A stretch of 64,000 nucleotides of DNA from contig OZ024743.1 in NCBI GenBank assembly GCA_964016885.1, positions 215,388,001 to 215,452,000 of the forward strand. Direction: 5' to 3'. Below the pieces are notes generated by a model that searched no databases, was not told where the DNA came from, and worked only from the letters and a program-made list of their open reading frames with translations. The position numbers were made by a program, and so were the translations under genes. Of this stretch, positions 29,971-43,766 are shown piece after piece. This DNA comes from Eledone cirrhosa. Its lineage: Eukaryota. Numbering within the stretch: the stretch's first letter is position 1; every line of letters begins with the position of its first letter.

Positions 29971-30116
29971 TATGCATATATATATACATATATATATATA
30001 CATATATATGTATATATATATATATGTATGTATATATATATACATATATATGTATGTATATATATACATATATACGTATATATATATATGTATGTTTATA
30101 TATATACATATATATG

Positions 30117-30148
<32 letters not shown>

Positions 30149-30162
30149 CATATATATGTATA

Positions 30163-30259
<97 letters not shown>

Positions 30260-31062
30260 TGTGTGTGTGTGTTTTTGTTTGTGCTGGTGTGTATATATAT
30301 AAGTAAACGCATTTCCATATCTAAATACGATTACTTGTTAAAATTCACCGAAAAAAAGTGCTAGAACAGTGGACATAAAAGGTAATCGGCAATGTTCTTA
30401 CTGTTATGTATATTAAGTATTCATCGCTGTAAAATTAATAAGAAGGTCATTAAAGAAAATATCACTGAGCAACCGGTATATAATTTTTATAATGTTGTAT
30501 ATATGAATATGTATATTAAAACCATTTGTTATCTCAATGTCCCTAATCTTTCGTGTATTAAAAAGGTGCATGTATGACATTTTAAATGATCTGTGATAAC
30601 AAGGATTTCTTTGATATGGTCACATACAAAAGTTTTGTGAATAATAAGATCATGTATATATGTTTGCAGCTTCATCCATTCATGAAAACGCCGTGTTAAT
30701 AATAAAGGAGTTAAATGAAACCTGGTTTGATTTTTCTATGATTACCTGATACATAATATATAAGTAATAAACTAAAAGTAGTCGTGAACTCATAAATGTG
30801 TAAAAATGACTTTTTCCTCAAAATATATTTACGATATTAATTTCCGTGTGAAAGACACATCATTTATAATACCTTTGGAATATCAATACAAGTTTTTTTG
30901 CTGCAATGGTATATCATATACAATTCTCTAATTTTGTCATTCGAGCCAAACATTTAAACGTAAAAATATGGTAGATTTATATATTTTACTCGTATCGACT
31001 TAAATCAGCTGAATTCGCCGTCAATTAAAAGATATTCAGTTCGACACACACACACACACACA

Positions 31063-31179
<117 letters not shown>

Positions 31180-31180
31180 A

Positions 31181-31788
31181 CATTAAAATATATGATAAAC
31201 ACAAAACGTGTTTGCATTGCAACAGTCAGTCAGCTAGTAATGAAATAAACTAATTAAAGTGAATACAATTTGTCTGTCTCGATATAAGTCAATAAAGACA
31301 AGCTTATATTGGCAACTGCCATGATTGCTGGACAGATTTAAATTTCAAAATCCAAACCTGTTCTGTAGACGAATTTGAACCTCGAATGGATTCCTGTTGA
31401 TATGCACAGAAGATTTGGATATTTCACTTTTTATTTCAATTCCATTTCGATTCTCTTTATTTTTTAAATTCACATACCACCATTGCGAAACGGATTTAGG
31501 TTTCGAGGTTCAAATTCGTCTACAGAACAGGTTTGGATTTTGAAATTTAAATCTGTCCAGGAATCATGGCAGTTGCCAATATAAGCTTGTCTTTATTGAC
31601 TTATATCGAGACAGACAAATTGTATTCACTCTAATTAGTTTATTTCATTAATAGCTGACTGTCTGTTGCAATGCAAACACGTTTTGTGTTTATCATATAT
31701 TTTAATGTATTTAACGGCTCGGAAATGCCTCTTTCCTGGAGCTTAATTATAGTAAAGGACTGAGAGCTTATTCTCAAAATATTATATA

Positions 31789-31790
<2 letters not shown>
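31181..31790. mobile_element. family J inverted pair (arms ~205 bp), tail homologous to family D
   Basis: 31181-31386 is the reverse complement of 31501-31708. The + arm carries an extra ~80-nt tail. Confidence 0.8.
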
Positions 31791-31827
<37 letters not shown>

Positions 31828-31831
31828 TATA

Positions 31832-32067
31832 TCAATAATATTAATAAATGGAAACTATCTTTATAAAACCATATTTATTTTATTATATATATGTCAAGGG
31901 TACCAACATTTTTTTGTACACGCTCATCAGATAAAATACAACAGTTGTTTTACAGATAATGACATATTCAAGACAAGAACTTAGCGTTTTGAGTTCTGTT
32001 TGAATAGTGCTTCTAACCTGTTATAAACTAAATTTGTTGGATAACCAACAAATTAAATAACTCATTG

Positions 32068-32068
<1 letters not shown>
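31832..32068 (-). mobile_element. family F-related fragment with degenerate HHR (31876-31938; GAAA changed to GACA)
   Basis: tattttat-CTGATGA…GACA-tatata-TA-ataaaata; homologous to 41330-41460. Confidence 0.7.
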
Positions 32069-32120
<52 letters not shown>

Positions 32121-34336
32121 TCATCATATTAAATCATGGTCACATGCTTTGTTGGAGGAAATAAATCATAATGAATGGCGTTTGAAAAAACCTTGGCCTC
32201 ATCATTACGTTTCATTACGTAATCAAAGAAACACCAAACACTTGAGATGGTGAAAGTGCCCTTCCCTCTAACCCAGAGGTAATTTAGAATAGCCTGAGTT
32301 TAATAAAGAACTAAGGCTATTTGAATATGCTAATGTCGACGATTTTCCTCACGATTTTATATTGCTTCTCATACTCGTGTGATTACCAATAAAAAGGTGA
32401 GTAGATAATGCATTGCTCTATGCATGCCCAAATTACAACAAGCTTATCATTAGCCACAATAATATTTATGAATTGACGTCTAATATATATCGATGTAAGT
32501 CATGATATATCTGCATGCATTATCTCATCTAATTCATCAATTACATACTCCATCAATTGCTTACGCTTCCACCATCTCATTATTACATGTAAATTAATCT
32601 GTGTATATTGAAAACATCTAGCTATACACTTATGTTTATGAAAAAAACAATTACAACTTGTACTTCGAAATCTAAAGATCACCTCTCATTCTCACTTAAA
32701 TTCCACAACCATCATTTACTGTGTACACTGGGTGGATACATTTTCCTTCCTCAGTCTTTCACACATGAAAAATTAATCATCTTGCATTTCGGATTCCATT
32801 CCCTCGCACTTTCCAATATACTATTTTGTTATATCAGCACATGGCCCTCAAAACATGAAGTTTCTGCAAGCTAAGCCTGAACCCGTCCCTATATCATAAT
32901 AGCAGTGAATTGCACACACATCTACACGATATTCTAATTAATAATTCCCTCACACACACAAACACACACGCACACATACACACACACAAACACACACACA
33001 CAAACACACACACACATACACACATACACATATACACACACACACACACTCACACACACAAAAAAACACACACATACATACAAACACAAGCATCTAAAAA
33101 AACACAATGAAAGCCTTGCGTTGTTCTCTATTTATCTGCATATTTAAGAAGATTAGTAGGACTAGAGACTAGAATCAACAGAAACTATACTTTCTTTACT
33201 CTAATGTACTACATAAGAACCTAGCTACGGCGTACTATAATTAAGAAATACAGGCCGTTGTTCATGAGATCGATTTTGAGGACTTGCAGGATATTTGTTA
33301 TGTGGTCCATAGGTGTCTTCAAACCCCTAGAGCAACATTGCAATTCATATTGTAAGGCTTCGGAAGAATTCTCAATAATTTCAATTTTAGCTACGTATAT
33401 TTTCCCTGGCTGGTATTTATTTACACAAGGCTATAGTTATTTTATGTCTCGTGTTGCTCTATTTTATAATTAATCGTGTGCCTACATAGCTTGAAATTAT
33501 GCATTAAGTATGATACGTATGAATCATGGATATGTCCAACATCTAAATACACTGCGCTTATGATGCTACAGGCTTATCTGACGTAGATGCGAATAGACTT
33601 AGCTATCCCATATCAATTCGATCAAAAACATGAAGCGCTGGAAAGTCATATTTTCTTTTGATATTCTTCACAATAATTTTCGTGAAGTAAACCTAGACAA
33701 TATAATATAAAACATGATATAAACATGCACACACACACACACAATCACATTACACACCACGCGCGCGCAGACAAACACGTTCGTATACATATTACCAAAC
33801 AAACATACACCCAGAAATTTATATACAGAATTATATACTACATATATATATATATATATATATTGGTAAACGGAATAGAAAATGCTGACAAATTGTTCAC
33901 AGTTGAAAAATGGTTTAATTAGGAATAAAAGAGTATTAGTGATTGTATGGGTTAGTATTCAGTTGTGGTTTTAAGTTTTTAAGTTTATACCGGTTGCGCA
34001 TTTCTAAATGCTTTTCAAAAATAATTTTGAGATAGAGTGTCCGTGCTGTTTGCTCGGATCTGATTAGTTTTGGGAATTCTACCTGTTTTTATGTTAAAAG
34101 TGGCTCCAGCGTTATTTTTGTGTTGCAAAAATGCTTGTGGTCAAAACAATTTTGATTGGTCGGTAGAGGTCATGTGAATGTAAAAAGTTGATTTTGCGCC
34201 AAGACTGTTTTTATGTTAAAAAAGTGGCTCCAGCAAAAATTATTGGTCAAAACAATTTTGATTGGTCGGTAGAGGTCATGTGGATAAAAAATTGATTTTG
34301 CGCCAAGATTGAGAAATGACTCTTTCACAACAAATA

Positions 34337-34395
<59 letters not shown>

Positions 34396-34487
34396 AGTAG
34401 TAGTAGTAATAATAATAATAATAATAATAAGGTGTTCGATGCTGCGACAATGGCCAGCAGCGATGTGTGTCAAATGGCTATTAAGAT

Positions 34488-34523
<36 letters not shown>

Positions 34524-34831
34524 CAGAGTCATTCGAAGGTCAAAAGATATTTTTCAGCTTTTGTCTTATACGGAGAAGTGCGTGTGTGTGTGTGTATAAG
34601 TCTCTTTGTATGTTGATGTACGCGTGTGTATGTGTTTGTGTATATATGTGTGTGCGTGTGTGTGTGTGTGTGTGTGTGGGTGGACCAGTATTTTTTTCCC
34701 CCTGGTAAAATGGTGTACATTATTTGATTTTTTCAGTGAAATCGGTTCTCTTAATAGAACATCAAAAATCTTAACAATAAAAGGTGTGAAATGATATTCA
34801 CTATATATATATATACACACACATACATATT

Positions 34832-34886
<55 letters not shown>

Positions 34887-35028
34887 TACATACATATATA
34901 TGCACATATATTTTTTTGTATTGCACCATAGAGCATGTGTGTTTACGTGTGTCATTGTGTTTATATGTGGGTAGAGATGTGTGCTGATGTAGGTATGTAT
35001 GTTGACGTGTGTATGTTGTGGGTTCGTG

Positions 35029-36660
35029 TTAGGGAGAAGTGTTTAGACGGGGTCCGTATTTGTTAATGAAGTAAGATTCCTTGCTGATGCGCTGGGTGTA
35101 GGTGGCATTATCTTTAAATTTGTAGAGGCGAAAGATTCTGAAGTTGGGATAATTTTGGGCGGCACAGGTATCAATGTGTTCACTCAGTGGTATTTTCCTG
35201 TATTCCCGTATTTTAATTTGGGATCTATGGACAGTCATGCGTTGGCGGAGGCTGTTTTTGGTCTGGCCTATGTATTGTTCTCGACAACCTGAACAAGTTA
35301 ATACATATATTAGATTTTCCGATGCACATGTGAAATTGTGTTTTACTATAAAACGTTGTCCATCTTTGAAATAGAATTCCGAAACCTCTATTAGGTTGAT
35401 GCAAATGCCACAGTTGGGTCTATCGCATTTTTCTACTGTGGGTTTCGTTGTTGAGGTTGGCCGTACTTTGGCATGTGTTAAGATGTTTTTCATTGACTTG
35501 GATTGTCTTTTGCTCTTTATGATATCGTGTGTTCGTAGAATATGGTTCATTCTATGGTCCTTTTTCAATACAGGGATGTTCTGGAGGATGGTGTCAAAGG
35601 CCTCATTGTTGAGGGGGTTGTGTGTGGAGATGTATGGAAGAGCTTTTAGTTTTGGTTGATTTACTTTAGGGTGTCTAAGGTCCTGGGTACTGAGTTTTAG
35701 GGCACGTTGGATTCCATTGTCAATTAGTGATGCAGGGTAGTCCCTGCCTATGAGTGTGTCCTTTAGTTCTTGTAGCCGTAAGTAGCAGATGTTTTTATTG
35801 GAGACTATAGTACAGATTCTCTTGGCTAAGTTGTAGGGAATATTAATTTTAACGTGTCTAGGGTGGCAAGAGTTGAAGGGGAGATATTGCTTGGAGTCTG
35901 TGGGCTTGTAGTATATGTCTGTTTCTATTTTTTTGTTATGGATCTTAATGAGGATGTCGAGGAAGGGGAGTTGTTGATGGCTGTATTCCATCGTGAAGTT
36001 AATATTTGTGTTGAGCCCATTTATAAGGGTGTGAAATTCTTTAAGTTTTTCGATGTTTTCGTGCCAAAGGATGAAGCAGTCATCTAGATATCGCTTCCAG
36101 TTCCTTTCAATGTGTAAGTTGAGGGTGTTTCCAAATTTGTTTAGGACTTTATTGTAGAGGGTGATTTCCAGTTATCCCATGACTAGGTTGGCATAAGTAG
36201 GGGCTGTTTTCGTTCCCATAGCGGTCCCAGATTTCTGCCTGTAGGGTTTGTTATTGAAAACGAAGTAATTGTTCTCCAAGATAAATTTGAGTCCCTCTAT
36301 CACGAATTCTTTTTTGATGCGTTGTGGGAGTTCATTGTGGAAATTATCCAGCCAGAATTGGATAGCTTCTATTCCTAGGTTGTGGGGGATGTTGGAGTAT
36401 AGGTTGACTACATCGAACGTCACTAGTAGGGTTTGTTCAGAAAGTGGCATATTAGGGAGGTGATTGAGCATATCTTGGTCGTCCCTTATATAGCTTTTGA
36501 TGTGCTTGAGGAAGGGTTTGAGAAGGGTATCAATGAAGTTGCTAAGACGGTGCGTTTCGCAAGCGGGGCCTGCTATTATAGGTCTTAATTTGAGATCATT
36601 GGGTGAGGGGACATTGATGACTATGTCTGTGGCTTCCTTGCATGCCTTACTGATTGATTC
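35029..36660 (-). pseudogene. Neptune RT-GIY-YIG ORF with one in-frame TAA at 36172-36174
   Basis: FDVVNLY, GTAMGTKTAPTYANLVMG*, WKRYLDDC, CxxxxCxxC linker, LIYVLTCSGCREQYIGQT. Both ORF pieces are in the same frame. Confidence 0.9.
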
Positions 36661-36843
36661 GCTTTAACAAATACGGACCCCGTCTAAACACTTCTCCCTA
36701 AGACGAACCCACAACATACACACGTCAACATACATACCTACATCAGCACACATCTCTACCCACATATAAACACAATGACACACGTAAACACACATGCTCT
36801 ATGGTGCAATACAAAAAAATATATGTGCATATATATGTATGTA

Positions 36844-36884
<41 letters not shown>

Positions 36885-37034
36885 AATATGTATGTGTGTA
36901 TATATATATATAGTGAATATCATTTCACACCTTTTATTGTTAAGATTGTTGATGTTCTATTAAGAGAACCGATTTTACTGAAAACATCAAATAATGTACA
37001 CCATTTTACCAGGGGGAAAAAAATACTGGTCCAT

Positions 37035-37077
<43 letters not shown>

Positions 37078-37331
37078 AACACATACACACGCGTACATCA
37101 ACATACAAAGAGACTTATACACACACACACACGCACTTCTCCGTATAAGACAAAAGCTGAAAAATATCTTTTGACCTTCGAATGACTCTGCTATATACAC
37201 ACACACACACACACATACACACACACACTTATCTTAATAGCCATTTCACACATCGCTGCTGGCCATTGTCGCAGCATCGAACACATTATTATTATTATTA
37301 TTACTACTACTACTACATACACACACACACA

Positions 37332-37405
<74 letters not shown>

Positions 37406-37436
37406 CATATTTGTTGTGAAAGAGTCATTTCTCAAT

Positions 37437-37660
37437 CTTGGCGCAAAATCAATTTTTTATCCACATGACCTCTACCGACCAATCAAAATTGTTTTGACCA
37501 ATAATTTTTGCTGGAGCCACTTTTTTAACATAAAAACAGTCTTGGCGCAAAATCAACTTTTTACATTCACATGACCTCTACCGACCAATCAAAATTGTTT
37601 TGACCACAAGCATTTTTGCAACACAAAAATAACGCTGGAGCCACTTTTAACATAAAAACA
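37437..37660 (+). promoter_or_regulatory. 2 x 104-bp tandem module with GGCGCAAAA, CACATGAC, CCAAT and GAGCCACTTT motifs in the Neptune pLTR
   Basis: Motifs seen directly, in the same order as 62635-63220. Function is inferred. Confidence 0.4.
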
Positions 37661-37722
37661 GGTAGAATTCCCAAAACTAATCAGATCAGAGCAAACAGCA
37701 CGGACACACTATCTCAAAATTA

Positions 37723-37759
37723 TTTTTGAAAAGCATTTAGAAATGCGCAACCGGTAAAA
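37723..37759 (+). ncRNA. degenerate U3-A8 HHR-like motif (mirror near 33987-34022)
   Basis: ttt-TTGAAAA-gcat ttagaa atgc-GCAAC-c-GGT-aaaa. Confidence 0.4.
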
Positions 37760-37916
37760 ACTTAAAAACTTAAAACCACAACTGAATACTAACCCATACA
37801 ATCACTAATACTCTTTTATTCCTAATTAAACCATTTTTCAACTGTGAACGATTTGTCAGCATTTTCTATTCCGTTTACCAATATATAATAACTTGTGTGT
37901 TACACCTCTATTCTTT

Positions 37917-37977
<61 letters not shown>

Positions 37978-37981
<4 letters not shown>

Positions 37982-38510
37982 GTTATATAGTAAGGTGTAT
38001 TATTGGTTATGTCAAACGGTCCAATACATTTTTTGTTACCATATTAAGTTCTCGACGCTTTTGTATATCTCCAATTCCATTTAAGGGAACAGCTAGATGA
38101 TGTAAAACGGAATATTTGTATCAAAATAAAGATCCCCAGGCAAGGTCAAATTCCAATCATTTAATCACGAGACCTGTTTCAATAAGAGATAGATTAATCG
38201 TGTAGCTATGATCGATTATCACTGATCTCGTCAGGTGAAAATGAAATGTCTACAAATCCTTGATATGAGGGAAAAAATTAATCATCTTGCATTTCGGATT
38301 CCATTCCATTCCCATACGAGGGAATAATCGCTGAGTGAACATCGGTAATTTTCTCCCTCATATGAAGGATTTGTAGACAATTGATTTTCACCTGACGAGA
38401 TCAGTGATAATCGATCATGGTTACACGAACAATCTATCTCTTATTGAAACATGTCTCGTGATTAAAACGATTGGAGATCCATACCATGCCTTCGGATCTT
38501 TATTTTGATA
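37978..38510. mobile_element. family M inverted pair with an HHR on each arm (38165-38238 -, 38388-38461 +)
   Basis: tcac-CTGACGA-…-GAAAC-at-GTC-tc-gtga. Minus arm carries an extra ~140-nt tail. Confidence 0.8.
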
Positions 38511-38549
38511 TATATATATATATATATATATGTATATTTATATGTATAT

Positions 38550-41195
38550 AAGAATGGGCCCGAACTATGCCAACCTTTTTGTTGGCCATGTTGAGGCCCA
38601 AATCTTTGCCCAGTACACCGGCCCCACGCCCGAACTGTACGGTCGTTACATTGACGACTGTATCGGAGCCACGACCCTCACCCGAGTACAGCTCGACTCC
38701 TTTCTCTCCTTCTTCTGCTCCTTCCACCCCTCCCTCCACTTCACCACCTCTATCTCCACCACCCACGTCCACTTCTTAGACATCTCCGTCGCCTTCGACC
38801 CCTCCCACCACTCACACGTCACCTCCGCCTTCTTCAAACCCACCGACTCCCACTCTTACCTCGACTTCACCTCTGCCCACCCCACCCACACTAAACTCTC
38901 CATTCCCTACTCCCATCTTCTCAGGATCCGCCGCCTCTGTAGCCGTGATGCTGACTTCGAGTCCCAGGCCCTTTCCCTAGTCAGCCATTTCCTCCGCAGA
39001 GGTTACCCCCCCCCCCCTCTCTCGTCTACACCGCTCTCACCCGCGCCCGTGCTATCCCCTGCTCCACCACCCTCACCCCACGCCTCCGCACACCCACCCA
39101 CCGTCTCCCCTTCCCCATCACCTACCGCCCCTCCACCGCACCATCCGCCGCCTCTTCCGACGCCTCCAGTCCGACCCCTCCACCTCCCACATCTTCCCAT
39201 CCCACCACTCCCCTCCTTCAAACGCGCACGCAATCTCCGCACCCTCCTCGGCCACAGCTCCCTACCGCCCAACCCACGCTCCGGTTCCCCCCCCCGGTTC
39301 CTTCCCCTGTTCTAGGCCCCGCTGCAACACCTGTCCCCACATCACCAACACCACCACCTTCCAGGGTCCCAACGGCCACTCTCTCTCGGTCCGGCATGCC
39401 TTCCGCTGCACCTCCTCCAACCTAGTCTACGGACTTCGTTGCACGGAGTGCAGCGCGACTTATGTCGGACAGACGGGACGTTGCCTGGCGGACAGAGTCA
39501 CGGAGCACCTCCGGGATATTCGTCTCGGGGGCAGTTCCCCCATCGCCCGCCACTTTGGTGGCCCTGGACACTCCGCACGCCATCTCACAGTCTGTGGCCT
39601 ACTCCAGTGCTACGGAACACCCGCCCATCGCCTTACGGTCGAACAACGCACTATCTTCATCTTACAGACCCACATTCCCCCCGGCCTGAACTCCCCACCC
39701 TTATTCCTTTAGCGTTCGACCGCCCCCTCCCCCCACACTTATCCCCCACTAACACCACTAACACACCCTTCCTTTTCACCGCCCACCCCACACTAACAAT
39801 ACTAACACCTCCACTCCACCCCTCATCTGAACACCCTTCCCCAACTAACATACTAACATCCCTTCCCTCCCCTCTTATCCTCCTCCCCCCTCCTTATCAT
39901 ACGCACACACGCACCCACTTACACCACCCACCCCACACGCAACTAACATCACTAACACCCCCCAACCCCACGCACACGTACCCACACACCCTCGTACACC
40001 ACCAACTCTACACACCCTACCACCACTAACCCCCACTCACACCTGCATTCCACCCCTCCCCACCTCCCGTATACTAACACCCACTAACACCTCTTCACCA
40101 AACTACACACACACCAGTACACCACACTCCCTCCATAGAACCACACACACCCTTCTCTCCCCGCTCCACACTCACTCATCTCACTAACACCCCTACTAAT
40201 ACACACACACACACACACACACACACCCTCCTCACTCCAACTCTCACACCTACCCATCCTCGACTCCCTACCATTCCGCCGACTGCTGCTATGCCCTTCC
40301 CATCACCTCTCAGCACCAACTGACCACAGCACTCCCACTGCTGACCACTTACTGTTGCGCGCGCACCCCACATCTCTCCTCTTCCGACCACCGCTTCTTG
40401 GATTACCCACACGCGAAATTGACTTCTAACCAAAATCTCCAAACATCCGTGGAACTTACCGACTTTTCAACCATCCTCTTGCACCATCACCTATATAACT
40501 CACCCATACACACACCCCCCAATAAATTTTTTTTATCCAAACGCCACCCACACCCACAACACGCTTAAACCACACACACGTGCTTCCCACCACATATTTA
40601 CACCCTCAGCCTCCTGATTTTTCTCTCCCCATCCCCCTATCCACACACGCACAGACACTCCGACCCACAAAAACACCCCCCACACACACCTTCCTGAACA
40701 TGCAACCCCGTTTTTCCCCCAACCCTCACTTTCACATACACACACACACACACACACACGCACACCTAACCACACACACCACCTTCAGCCCTCTCCGCTC
40801 GGACACCCCGTCTCCCTCTCCCCAATCCACCCGCCACCACCCCTACTCACCCCACAGCCTTCCACCACCTGTTTACCCCCCTTTTAATTTCAGTTTATTT
40901 TGATCATGCCTTTATTTTTAAATTTTCTCATTCCTTGTATTTTGATCATGCTTTATTTTTATTTATTATATATTTTGTCTTTATTTGTTAATTTTTCATT
41001 CGCACCGTTTCCTTTCGCTATATGTCTCTCCACCACTCCCCTACACACCTTTTGAACTCTGTTCCCACACACTTCTCACCTGAAGAAGGGCTTATGCCCG
41101 AAACGTCGTCCCCTACCTACCCCCCACTCTCCTGAACGTGAATTTAATAAACATTTATTGTACTGCCTCTCTGTTCTGTCCCTGTTCAGTTTTTC

Positions 41196-41198
<3 letters not shown>
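38550..41198 (+). mobile_element. C-rich Neptune-like PLE, 5'-truncated (disrupted ORF ~38553-39711)
   Basis: MGPNYANLFVG, RYIDDC, KPTDSHSYL, PCSRPRCNTC, LVYGLRCTECSATYVGQT; frameshifts in C-runs. Confidence 0.9.
41076..41110 (+). ncRNA. minimal hammerhead ribozyme
   Basis: ac-CTGAAGA-a gggc ttat gccc-GAAACGTC-gt, with AATAAA about 35 nt downstream. Confidence 0.85.
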
Positions 41199-41236
<38 letters not shown>

Positions 41237-41239
<3 letters not shown>

Positions 41240-43677
41240 AAAGTTTTATTTAAGATTGTTGGGTTACAACGAGTAAATATTTTATAACTGATATAAAAGC
41301 ACTCAACAGTTTCTGGAGTAGGTTTACGATATTAAACAAATGGAAACTATATTTATAAAACCATATTTATTTCGTTATATATATTTCTGGGATATCATAT
41401 TAAAAATATGTTATGCCTTCCTCAGACAAAATACAATACATAAGCTGTTTTATAAATAATTAGTGACATAACTTGTAATAATGCAATTTCCTTTTAAAAA
41501 GTTGATTTGGTAGTGAAACTGTTATGATAGTTATATAGAAAGAAAACGAAGATGAGAAGAAGAAGATGAAGAGATGTATGTAAATAAAAAAGAAGAAGAT
41601 GAAGAGATGTATGTAAAGAGAAAACAGATGTATGTAAAGAAAAACAACGGAGCGAGATAGAGAGACAAGGATAGAGAGAAATACATTGATGGTGAAAAAA
41701 AAAACATAGTAGGCTGCTTTTTGACAGATGATCATCGTATATGTGAGAAGTTAAGGGAGGGATACAGTTAGATTAGTGTATAGGAGAAAAAGAAAGAAAG
41801 ATGATATATTTAAAATATATTAAAAATGTCTCATCCATTTGAATTATCAATTTTTATGAATTAGGCATTATAATGTAAATATCAGTATTCATGAATGAGA
41901 CACATATCTATAATGTGTAAAAAAAAAAAGACCACATGCTCAGTTTAAAAATTCTTAGGTCTATAAGCAAAATCTGAGACAAAACTTCAAAACATAAGTA
42001 TATATGCATTCTCGTGAAAAATAAGAAAAGAGAAGGTTATCTCAAATTCAAGTTGATAAATATAGACGCACATGTGAACCTAGGTGATACGCTGCACTGA
42101 TTCTTATATTTCATGAAAAACTTCAATGTGTCAGAAAAGAAAAACTTCAATGCGTTAGAAAAGATTCCACCCTACATACATTTACATACATATATACATA
42201 TATATAGACACAAAACATATAAGATATACATTAACATCCAAATCTAAAAATTCATCCAATCTAAAAATTCCCTTAATTTACGAACCAATTTATTCAGCTG
42301 TTGCAGACATAGATTGAACTCAACATTTAAATATAAATATAAATTTAAAATGTAGTATAAAATGTCGTATATTTACTTAAGGTATTTGACTATTTGTGAT
42401 ACTTGGCGATAAATCTTTCGATTCCTTCAATTTTTTTTAAAACCTTTCAATTTTTTTTATAAAACCTTTCCGCATGAATATATAATTAATGAGATTAAAT
42501 AAACTACCCTAAAATTGGCGTTGTTCCCAATCTTTTGAATACATTTTTAAGCTGGTAAAACTTCTATAATAAATATAAGAGCATTTGTAGAATAAGTTTT
42601 GAATGATTTCTGATAGATAAGGCTTGGTGAGCAATGTTGGTCTTGTTTCCTTTTGACTCTGATTCTATGACCGATATGCGTGGCATACTATGTTCTCTTG
42701 CGTCCCTAGATACTCTGTGGAGTGACGAAGATATTCTTGGCGTTTTTAATTTTAATATTGATATCTGTTGTCTACTCTATGCTTGATCGATGATTATTTT
42801 GGATGTTAATGTATATCTTATATGTTTTGTGTCTATATATATGTATATATGTATGTAAATGTATGTAGGGTGGAATCTTCTCTAACGCATTGAAGTTTTT
42901 CTTTTCTGACACATTGAAGTTTTTCATGAAATATAAGAATCAGTGCAGCGTATCACCTAGGTTCACATGTGCGTCTATATTTATCAACTTGAATTTGAGA
43001 TAACCTTCTCTTTTCTCATTTTTCACGAGAATGCATATATACTTATGTTTGAAGTTTTGTCTCAGATTTTGCTTATAGACCTAAGAATTTTTAAACTGAG
43101 CATGTGGTCATTTTTTTACACATTATAGATATGTGTCACATTCATGAATACTGATATTTACATTATAATGCCTAATTCATAAAAATTGATAATTCAAATG
43201 GATGAGACATTTTTAATATATTTTAAATATATCATCTTTCTTTCTTTTTCTCCTATACACTAATCTAACTGTATCCCTTCCCTTAACCTCTCACATATAC
43301 GATGATCATCTGTCAAAAAGCAGCCTACTATGTTTTTTTTTTCACCATCAATGTATTTCTCTCTATCCTTGTCTCTCTATCTCGCTCCGTTGTTTTTCTT
43401 TACATACATCTCTTTTCTCTTTACATACATCTCTTCATCTTCTTCTTCTCATCTTCGTTTTCTTTCTATATAACTATCATAACAGTTTCACTACCAAATC
43501 AACTTTTTAAAAGGAAGTTGCATTATTACAAGGTATGTCACTAATTATTTATAAAACAGCTTATGTATTGTATTTTGTCTGAGGAAGGCATAACATATTT
43601 TTAATATGATATCCCAGAAATATATATAACGAAATAAATATGGTTTTATAAATATAGTTTCCATTTGTTTAATATCG

Positions 43678-43678
<1 letters not shown>
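41237..43678. mobile_element. family F long inverted pair (arms ~0.9 kb, loop ~550 bp), non-coding, HHR on each arm (41368-41433 -, 43571-43636 +)
   Basis: Mirror pseudo-ORFs 41460-41735(-) and 43302-43544(+). tattttgt-CTGAGGA-agg..cc a-GAAA-tatata-TA-acgaaata. Confidence 0.85.

Positions 43679-43761
<83 letters not shown>

Positions 43762-43766
<5 letters not shown>

Larger units (their letters stand above)
33862..37920 (-). mobile_element. Neptune-like PLE, 5'-truncated, with inverted 3' copy (36664-37920 +)
   Basis: RT + GIY-YIG on the minus strand. Inverted arm of ~1.2 kb. TA flanks. Confidence 0.92.

Noticed and set aside
31387-31565. CAGAAGA…GAAA-tttaaa-TC as a full HHR in family J
   Set aside because: Stem II cannot be paired.
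32290-32402. Strong donor AAG|GTGAGT as an exon end
   Set aside because: No convincing acceptor with an open frame, and the phase does not fit the other candidates.
36172-36174. Possible stop-codon readthrough in Neptune RT
   Set aside because: TAA replaces a Tyr (MAYLE in the 60827 paralogue), so this is a simple nonsense mutation.
42244-42796. Coding remnant in the loop of family F
   Set aside because: No long ORF in the track and no RT or GIY-YIG motifs in the frame I translated.
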